This document shows positions 37,793-48,700 of a DNA stretch of 64,000 bases, in pieces. Within the stretch, counting starts at the first letter, position 1. Each line of letters begins with the position of its first letter. The DNA comes from Hormiphora californensis. Taxonomy: Eukaryota; Animalia; Ctenophora. The stretch spans positions 2,294,001 through 2,358,000 of the forward strand of contig CM035359.1 of the NCBI GenBank assembly GCA_020137815.1. Direction: 5' to 3'. Under the pieces are notes generated by a model that was not told the origin of the DNA, did no database searches, and worked only from the letters and a program-made list of their open reading frames with translations. A program made the position numbers and the translations under genes.

Positions 37793-38244
37793 ATGGCTAA
37801 AATGGAAGCTGTATTGGTTGTTTTCCTGCTCATGACGACCCTGGCCATTGCAGCACCTGTTCTGTCAAACGAGGATCAGCTTGAGAGGTAATTAATGAAT
37901 AATTGATGAATAATTAATGAATAGTTGATGAATAATTAATGAATAATTGATGAATAATTGATGAACAATTAATGAATAATTTATGAATTATTGATGACTA
38001 TGTACTTGTAGAAAATTTAGATCTATAAGAACCTATAGGAATTTAGCTATAGCTGGTTTATAATAGATATCCATTGTCAAGTTTGAAGGTTTGTTAGCTA
38101 ATTAGCTATTTTAGTTAACGAATACTCTTCAGCAGGTCTGAACCCGTGATGCAAAACAAAGAAATCTCGGAAACCCAGCACAGAATCCAAAAGCGAGCAA
38201 AGTGTCCGCCCGCCCTGGCGAAGCGAGGATGTACTATGTTTTGA
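37793..38244 (+). CDS. Small secreted prepropeptide (candidate neuropeptide/peptide-hormone precursor, ~67 aa)
   Basis: Exon 37793-37887 (AG|gtaatt) plus exon 38133/38136-38244 give MAKMEAVLVVFLLMTTLAIAAPVLSNEDQLE(S)RSEPVMQNKEISETQHRIQKR-AKCPPALAKRGCTMF*. Confidence 0.7.
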
Positions 38245-39229
38245 ACCATTGCTAAATATTAACAATTTATTGATTTTATGTTTCCAATTTCCCCCATACA
38301 CAAATAAGTTTTTGCCCAATTTTCCCAAGAAATGAGTTTTGGTATTAAAATTAGTCTACAGATTCATTCACTGCAGCTATTTCTTCTCCGATTAAGAGTT
38401 TGATAAATCGACAGATTCATTCTGGTCCTTCGAGTAGTATAATAGCAAATGCTTTACTGCATCTCCCGCCAAAAGCATCCCCGGTCATTGAGCTGCGATG
38501 AGGATACTCTTTGGGTGAAAACACAACAATTTGTTCATTCAGAAAGTTTCTGGCCGAAATCCTATGGCAATTGAAACCAGAGTAGAATAAAATGATAAGC
38601 AAGTATTTTTTGTACAAAATAGGTATATAACGTTTACATGTATAAATTGGTACAAAATTCTCAAATACATATTTGAATTTCCTATCTCTCTGCTGATACT
38701 TTTCCGATATATATTACGGATTTAAAATGCCATCATCATTTCAAGATATTAAACGTTACGAAGGAGCTCTTCATATTTACCAGAAATCTCTAGAGCTCGA
38801 GGGCCCGATAAGTTCTGATTTTGACACTTATAATGATCATTAAAATTAGGCTCATGTCAGAGAGCGTCTCTGCCTTGCTCACGTGGTTGTCTGATGACTG
38901 AGGTGTCGTAATATATCTCCAATACATTTAACATATCTCTGATATATTTATATCTACATATATATCTATCAATGCCCGTTATTATCACAGAGAGGAAATT
39001 GGGCGGGCCCCGGAAATTGTTAGTAAAAAAGGTTCGGTATAAATTTGCTCAAAATTAAAAGATCAAGTAAAAATTCAGTCTGAAATGTCCGTGCTGGAAC
39101 ACGAGCTTCGATTTCACATGTTTTAATCTCAGTGTTCTTCTCAATACATCCTCTGATTTCATCTTTTTCACGTGTGAAAGGATCAGGTCTTGAACTCATG
39201 ATCTGGTAGCTGTTAGTTGTAGTAGAACC

Positions 39230-42200
39230 TCACCTTAGGACGACCAGCCAGAAGAGGAGTGGTAGAATGGAAAGGAAACCACTTGCACGGTCACCTGAAA
39301 CATATTTCTGTAAATGAACTGTATGATAACTTGCCTTTAGGCAAAATGCCAAGAACGTGATCGTCATACCTCTGCTGTTGTAGTAGTAGGGTCCGTAGCT
39401 GACTGATTTGGTAGGGTACATGGAGGGTAGGGGCTGTTTACAGCCAGGTTTACACGCCGGGTCTGTGCTGGGACAAAGCGCCACTTCACAATGAATATAC
39501 ACCTACAATATGATATTAGGGTGTTAATAGAAAACAAAGTGAGAACAATAATTGTTATACAATAATTGTTTATACTATACGACTGGTTTGCATCAGACCT
39601 TCCCTCAATACCCTCAGAATTTTTTCGAATGGAAGGGAAAAAGAATCCAAAAATTACACGTACCTGACCGTTGAATTCCCGATCTCTAAACTGCATCCTG
39701 AAGAAGCTGAACTGTACACGTGGTCCAGGTCCTGCCCGTTGTATCGTCAGAGTTTTATCTCTTGAACACCCATCCTCCATCAAAAAGTACCGAGTCTCGT
39801 AATCAGGCTGACCTGGATGGAAGGAGTTTATTGGTCTTCAGTCGTGCGAATGTAATGTTCATCGCTATATGATCTGTGCTTCCATCTAAAACACTAGTCA
39901 TTATATAGTCACCACATTATTACCGTTAGGAGTTGCATAGCAGGATCGGAGAAGGACATCTCGCGTATAGGTCTCATCTGTTAGTTGCACAAACACCGTC
40001 TATAATTGGAAAAAGAAGATGGTTGATATCATGACACGTGTGTCAAGAAGTAGAGCTGTTTTATATGCAACACATGATCGCACGACGCCATAAGTCTTTT
40101 GGCAAAAGATTTCATGGCCAAGATCCCATTGAAGTTCGGGTTGACGGATTACTTGTAATCTCATGACTCATATATATATATTGTACCTGGTTTGACCCAA
40201 GATCCATTACTCCATCGTTATCCTTAAAGAATGGTGTTGAGAAGTTGTCATCAATATAAAACCTCATCTGTAGCTGAGCGGCTGTGATGGACTTGATGTC
40301 ATCCTTGGCAGGGCAATCTACCGCTCCGATAACGTTGTAATCGTAGCCTGTTTGCGCAACTATACTTCTAACATAGATCTGAAATGGCAGGTTTGTGAAA
40401 TTTCATGAAAGGGGTAGGCGGTACTGCAAAAAAGGAGCAATCAAAATTTTGTTTGTGAATGATGTCAATTCCAGCAAACAAATTAGTTGATTTAAATTTT
40501 GATTGCTCCATATAATTGTTTTTATGGAATTCCAGAATTCCCATTATACCCCACACAATGCTTTCAAGAATTTTGTGATTCAATTCGACGTTTAAAACTT
40601 TAAAAGGTTTTTAAATCTGTAATGGCGTATTTTGGGCAGGGATTTTACGTAGCGGTTCATTTGGAAGATTAAAACTCATCAAGAGATGTCCATTTTACCC
40701 AAATTTCACGGAATTCACATGTCAAGTAGCGACTGATTGAGCTACTTTAGAATTTGCCAGGAATTAAGTAGCCCAAAATTGAGCCATCTTTATTGCACAA
40801 GACCCTCCTGAGTCCTGACAGAACCTTAACCATATTATTAATTTGAAATGATTTCACGGCAAAGACATTGAGAACATGATATACTCAGTCTCATAAATAC
40901 ACATACTTATTGCAAAACGAATCCTCGCCCGGACATGTCCCAACTTTGGTGACATGGACACATGTGTGCGAGATCGAAGACTGCCCGATTGAGATCGAGA
41001 CCGAGAATAGCTATTAATAGGTGGCACAAAGTCCCAACTGCAGCAGTACTCACCCTGTTTTTGTATCGGACATGTTTGTCAGGTTGAACCTCCCTGACAG
41101 TTCCACATTTTCCCTGGGTGTACCCCAGCTCGAGCTCCATTGCACCGGCCTTCACATGGGCCAGGCACCTCTTATCTGAGATAGTGTTAAACGTAATAAA
41201 CGGTTGAAGCTACGGATTTATTAAATACATCTTCCAATTAAAATAATGTAAATCTTGAACTACCTAGCGGGATGGAAAAGGAAAGATTATATTGTTGCTC
41301 GTGGGTGGTAGCTGGTTATTTCTTAGTTACGAAATAACACCCCCGCGTCTATGATAAAAAACACATGTCAAGTTGTCAGATCGTTATAGGTGCTTACGCA
41401 AGCACGTGCAGTGTCTGGGGGACTCCCACGATGCAACTCATCCTGTCCCTCCTTGACTTCCATGTCTCTTATACCCTGAGTGCCCCTTCAAGTGATTGGC
41501 CCTTGGCTCCAACAGTAACTCCTTTAAATGTCTCCCCTTCTTGACACAAATTAGTGGCTCGGGTTGGGTCCTGTCTCCCCTCCTAGTCCCTTCCACTGCC
41601 ACCCTTCAACCCCTCTCTTCAACTCATATATAATTGCTCCTGTCTCCCTTCCTAACCACCTTTCAAGTCCTCAACTAGGTACTTCCTTCAACTGCAATTA
41701 TCACGTACCTTCTGCCGTGATGGTAGGCTGATTTACTTCACCACTGTACTCGATCCTCACCAAAATCCTCTCATCACACGTGTAGTTAACTGAAATTACA
41801 ATGTGTAAATAACTGAAATTAAGTTATATACAGTCTGACCCCGATTTACCGGGGTGCTCGAGGGAACGGCGCGGGGTTTGCCCGGTAAATCGCGAGTTCT
41901 CGGTATATCGGAGTGAAAAAAGTTTATCCTCCCGGTAATTTACTGCCGGGTAAACCGGGGTTCCGGTAAATCGGGGCCGACTGTATCAGTTTGGGCAAAT
42001 TTCGTTTTTATTAAATTCTTAAAAACATTTTAAATAGGACCGATTTTTTAAATGGATTCTTAAAATTTTGCACACCCAGCTTGATCTTAATCACGGTTGT
42101 GACTGATTTTTGCAAAACGTTGAAAAATAGCTGTATTTTTATGCAAAATAGCTGTCTTTTTATGAAAAATTGGAAGCCGTAATTGACACGGACAGGGGTG

Positions 42201-45200
42201 TCAATTCTTCTTCTTTTTGATCTTTTCGTTTTCAAACTGTCAAAGAAAATGTCACGTGGCACATGAAAAAGATTCATGTCAATTGTGACATGTGCCAATT
42301 TATAGAATGAATGAACTGGCGGGGTCTCTTGACACCATCGATCGATGCCAAAAATATTCAGAACACTGAATGCAAAAGCATCGTCAAAGCTATAAAATCA
42401 TGAGAGAATTTCTCATGACTGAGAAGGATCGGAGCGGCATAGTCAATGAAGAAGTTTAATTTTCTCCTTGTCGAAACAACACTTCCTTAAATTTCTCTCA
42501 GGACCATTCATTCCAACACTATGTAAGATGTGAGGTCACTTCAGGACTTCTGCACCGGTTTAAGCAAGGCAATAGTATTTCCGGTGCTTGTTGTCAACAC
42601 TATAATAGAGAGAGATGGTATGTTGGAATGTTGGCAGGATGCCAAGCTTTTCTTTTGGTATGTTGCCAGGAATCTTAGCAATGCCGGATATTTCATTGTG
42701 CTTTACTAATCACTCATTATTCTTGGTCTAGGCATGTGGTAAAAGCTCGAGAACGCTTGCCATGCTACGCAGTCTGTCCATTCGGCCCTTTAAGCGCCTC
42801 GGGCTCGCGTAAGCTCAATGCTCATACCGGCCGAAGGCTGACAGACGAGGAACATGTCAAGATAACGCGGGTATTCTGGGCGCTAGAAGTACATTTTCAA
42901 TTTTTTTTTGGTCATCTATAATTGCTATAGGGTATATCACGATTGAGGCTGTCCCCCAAGTCGTTAAAGTTACCTCTGTAAAATCGTCCGACAGCAGTTT
43001 GGATAGTGGCAGGTTCAACGGAAACAGTGGCTCCTGTTGTTGGGTAGGATTTGTCGTCCGTCGTTAACATACCCCCACTTCCTCTTCTTCCTGTAGGAGA
43101 TTTATATTGGTTCCTCTAGAATATTCTCTAGAATTCAAGAATATTCTGTCAGACATATATCGCGCTGAACACTTCTATCTCCCTCCTAATTATGTATGAC
43201 TCCTAAGAGGGCGTGGGTCCCTGTCTGGCGCCGCGACCCCATCTGAGCGCACTGAGAATCAAATGGGGTATGTCGCCGCCATACAGCCGGGGCAGGGAAC
43301 GGGAGCCTCATGGCTATCTGGCGCCGCGACCCCATCTGAGCGCACTGAGACTCAAATATTTGATTCTCAGTGCAAATGGGGTATGGCGCCGCCATACAGG
43401 TGGGCCCGCTAGCAGTTTCTTACCACATTGGATGTCAGCGAAGGTTTCCCGAATACTTTCACAATTCCGTGATACATGCCGGGGGTTGTTGCACTGGCAC
43501 GTCCACAGTAGGTTACCATTATTAAGAGAGTTCAAACTCTTTACCGCTCCTTTACATTCACTGGTACAACTTGTCTGTGGGGAATGTGAAAATTGTGGAT
43601 AAAAGTTTTTCTCAGTTGGTCAAGACGGCCGTGTTCGTAAATTTTCCGGATTACGGCCTCAAAATGAAAACTGTGATTGTCCTTCTAGAACGATTCGCCT
43701 TTTTCTTACCTTGTCTCTACAGGCATTCATGACATTGTTGTATCGTTCCTTGCACTCCTTGTGGTGTCTGCACTCGTCCCACTGTAACTTGCAGTCCCCC
43801 GTGTACCGAACTTGAGCCTCAGTATAGGACGGACTCTGAAGGATGTCGAGGGTTGGTAAAAAGGGTTTTGAAATTTATGGACTTTAGTAAAATTGATGCT
43901 TCGTGTGAGTATAATACTTATACTTATAAGTTATAATGTTCTGGAATAATTCGCGTGCAAGAACCTTTTAGTAATCTTTTGATTTTATATTTAGTTTCTC
44001 TCGAGACTAAAAATAGAATCAAAAGTATATCCTTTAAATTTAGGCTTAAGAATTCATCATATGTTATGAAACTGTTCAGTGAACTGATTCACACTCCAAA
44101 ACATCTTACCCCGCAAACTTATTTTCCTTGGATTAACCCAACATGTCCCCGGCCCCACAAGCCGTTTGGCCCTCCTCCCATCTCTTATAAATAATACCTG
44201 TGTGTGATATTGTTTCGGTTCAACTTCCACAATGCATGTCTTTATCAGGGCTGAGAATAGCATGTCGTTACGGCCAGAGTCCCGGTCTGCCCCCTCGAAC
44301 TTGCAGTTCCTGCAGTGGATGGAGGAGTGTGTCTTACTCAACAAGGACCAGGATAGTTTGGATGTCAGTTTGGATGTCTGCGTGGTTTCAAGGGTTTAGA
44401 AAGATGGATAATATCGTAACTATAAGGAATCACGTTTCAGGTACGTTATTTTGCTATCCCAAAAATGCACAGACAAACAAACACCGCGGCCTTCTCTCAC
44501 TCCCGACGACAACTAACTACGCGACATGACCAGTTACCGCCGTGTGACACACTGTATCCATGCTCAACTCTGTGTGTCACCTTGTTAGATCGTTGTTAAA
44601 CACTCTATTAGTCGCGGAGTTATTGTACTACTCCAGCGACATATATATCGAGTACACTAGCTCACCGGGCTGCGACAAATTACAACTTGTTGGTGTTGAT
44701 GAAGATATTATTAGGACGACAAGGTTTATTATAAATCTCCTAACAAGAGAGTTAAAACCCAAAGTCTGAGACTCTCGCAGTGATAAAAGTCGTAATTTCC
44801 TTTTTCCACCAGACCACCCACACATAATTCAGGGAAGTATTGATTCCTTCCTTCTAATAGTAATCTAATAGTACCAGTTAGCACTACGCGATAAAGAATT
44901 TTGCTCATTATTATTATACGTTAGCAACCGCAACACCTAGTTTAACACATAACTCATCGCTTGAATGAGTGATAAGTTATCCGCCGAAAATAGCTCTTAC
45001 TCCACCCTCGCGGGTTATGTTATAGACTTCAAGGAACTTAGTTTTCCTTGCCTAAAGATTGCAATTGACAGGAAACAAACAAACAAACAAACAAACAAAC
45101 AAACAAACAAACAAACAAACAAACAAACAAACAAACAAACAAACAAACAAACAAACAAACAAACAAACAAACAAACTGTACTTACTGAAAGTGCATTCCA

Positions 45201-45733
45201 ATATCGTTTTCAATGAGTGCTTGGTTTGCCTCAGTACACTGCGTGGTACAATGTCCCGAACCACTTCCTGTCATCCTGAAAATGTAAGGAATTCCTTGTC
45301 TGACGAAGGAATGAAGGGGTACCTCCCGTAGAAAAACAAACTTGTTAACCTTTTTATAAATTAAGCTAGGTAGAATTCAAAAATAATAAAAAAACACATG
45401 TGCACTTACTCGAAGTCTTGGCAATTGCTTCTCTGGGCTTTTAGCAGGATGGCACAGTCTTTATCTTCATTGCAGAAATTAGTTCGAATTGCCTCACAGT
45501 TCATCTGGATTGGGGGACACGTGAGTCAATAAAAAAACTAATCTTCTTAGTGATCAAGAACTCTTCTCTGAGAATGACTCTTAGCTGTTACCATAGCAAC
45601 GCCCACTAAATCTATCTGGAATTCATGACGTCAATATGACGTATAACAGACTATTGTACCTACTATTGGACCTATATGATACACGTCACAACAACGCGTT
45701 CTTGGCGTTATATAATACTGAGTCGGGGTTGGG

Positions 45734-45786
<53 letters not shown>

Positions 45787-48700
45787 TGTGAACGTGCAGA
45801 CCGATTAGACCGCAGTGACATGCCAAATAACTGTGTGTACAAACTTATTTTTACTTCAACTAGCTCCCTCAAAACACAGACAAAAGAACTGGAAGCTTGT
45901 GTACAGCTGTATATAGGGAAACCAGTATCGCGACATTTACTTGATATAGATGTCTATTGTCTAGTACCCCTTCTCGATTTCGATTCTTGCATCCAGAATT
46001 CGATGATGCAGATGCGTCTATCTCTTTCTCGATTTCGATCCATCTGCCTCGGCCCTATATATGATTATAGAAGATTACCCCTATGAAACTCTTACCCTGG
46101 AGAGAGAAACGGTTGAGCTGCTCATGGTAATTGACTGGTCGGTAGATGCAGATATTGGGGCGGCAGTTGGTAGAAACTTGGTACTCTCATGCTCCCTGTT
46201 CAATCTCTCCTGACAATCCTCTGAAATCATAATTGGAATTAGAAATGTAGATTAGAAGTATATAGATTAAAAGTACATATATAGATTAGAAGTATACAGA
46301 TTAGAAACTAGGTGATCGGGTAGCGGTTCTCCCTGGACAGATTTTTTTCTTCAAACCCGGGCGCTGGGAGGGAGGGTCGAACAAGGCAAGGACAGATACA
46401 TTTTTGCCCTAATGTCTAATTCCCTTTGACTTGGGATTGAGAAGCTTTTTCAAACATATATTGTGTGATTATAGTGGTATGTTTTGGGTCGCGTCCGTTG
46501 AAGGGATTCTAGGAATATGAGTGTAAAATGGGTAATGAGCTGAAGGTGCTGAAGGTTGTAAAGTCATAGCTAAAGATAGTTGTACACGCGGGCCGGGAGA
46601 ATGAAAGATATATAATGGGAACGTGGCAGCTGTAGAGAGAGAGATGGGGACGTGAAAGATAGAAAGATATTCGCGACAGAGAGTTATTCTCTGTCTCGCG
46701 CATCTTTCTATCTTTATCTATCTTCTGTCAGAGAATATATAGCTTGACAGATCGATATAATGCAGCTGCAGCCGTCTAAGGAAATTCGGTGATTTGTTGA
46801 CAGAATTAGCTCGTGTCACAAAGTGACTTTGAAATCACACAGGGTGTTATGATATTATTGGCAGCTAGGAGGTTTCGGAATTGACACGAGCGAAACAAAT
46901 CCTCGGCACGAGCCACAGCTTTTCCCGCCTTTTGAAACACGATTTTAAACATGAACTGGGTTCACAAAATAACTTCCCGACAGAGGGTATGGAGATATGG
47001 CAACACACCGATGGAGGGGATGACAGCTCTTTCAATATAAGGGCTACTGCGGGCCGACATCGATGGATAGGATATAATGTTTTCATCGCCCATGGAGAGG
47101 CAATTGTCAGACAATTTGTCTATATCGGAAAGAGGCAAGAGAATAATATAAAGAGAGACAAATATACCAGATTATGAATATTTTGCCTTTGGGTATCATG
47201 CACATATGGGAGTGCAAGTGCGTATATGAAAAAAGAAGTGTTTGGACCAAAATATCCCTAGGATAAGAAGATCCAAGGAAATGAATTGAAATAAAATCAA
47301 TCTGAGTTTCCTATACCTTCAAGGCAAGCCCTCATTAGCCGACACTTTTGCTTCTCGCACATATCTTGACTTCCTGGGTTATCGTTAGCACAGGAACACT
47401 CAGAAAACCTGAAACAATTTATAGCTGTTAGGGCGCGATCACACCAAGATCTTAGAAAGAATTCTTTTGAAGCACCAAACCCAATCACACCAATATGCTT
47501 CGTTTGGTTCTTGCGCGCGTATGTCTATTGCTAGTTTTTGACTCTGAGGACTATGGTGCTCCAAATGGCTCATGTTGAATTTCTGTGTTAAATTATAAAA
47601 AGCGAACTAAAAGTGAAAAAAAAGTGAAGTGAAAACAAAGTGAAGTGAAAAAAAAGTGAAGTGAAAACAAAGTGAAGTGAAAACAAAGTGAAGTGAAAAA
47701 AAAGTGAAGTGAAAAAAAAGTGAAGTGAAAAAAAAGTGAAGTGAAAAAAAAGTGAAGTGAAAAAAAGTGAAGTGAAAAATTTTTGATTTGACCTCTTGGT
47801 GAGTCACGTGCTCTAAATGGCTCAGGTGGCTCAGGTAGGATAGACGCTTTTTATAAACCATATTGAGGCCAAACGAAAAGAGATCGAGACTTCTAGTTTT
47901 CACTAGCTGGTAGATCTACTAGATGTGTGTGCATTAGTTGGGGTGAACTTTACCATCATCTCCAGAAACGTCGTACAGAACGTCTTAAAGTTGTCATTTT
48001 TGATACACTGACCAAACTTCTTTGAGCTCAATTTACACCTTTAAAATGGATTCTAATCGAAAAATCAAGACTATATCATGGAAAGAGAATTGTCTGAAAT
48101 TTCAGACACTATATTGCAAATTTTCAGAACCCGAGTTCTAAGGGTCGTAAATCGCGTCGAAAGTGTTATGACTATGTTAAAATAGATATGACGATATGGC
48201 TTTTTTCGCCATAGCGGGTCCAAATCTCAACAAATCCATCTCAAACTTAATCAATATCTTCGAATTGATATTCCGGATGATATTACGTCATCAGCATGAC
48301 GTCATAACGTCGTGGCGTCACGTTATGACGTCAAAATGACGTCAAAAATAACATATCGTCATATCTATTTTAACATAGTCATAACACTTTCGACGCGATT
48401 TACGACCCTTAGAACTCGGGTTCTGAAAATTTGCAATATAGTGTCTGAAATTTCAGACAATTCTCTTTCCATGATATAGTCTTGATTTTTCGATTAGAAT
48501 CCATTTTAAAGGTGTAAATTGAGCTCAAAGAAGTTTGGTCAGTGTATCAAAAATGACAACTTTAAGACGTTCTGTAGGACGTTTCTGGAGATGATGGTAA
48601 AGTTCACCCCAACTAATGCACACACATCTAGTAGATCTACCAGCTAGTGAAAACTAGAAGTCTCGATCTCTTTTCGTTTGGCCTCAATATGGTTTATAAA

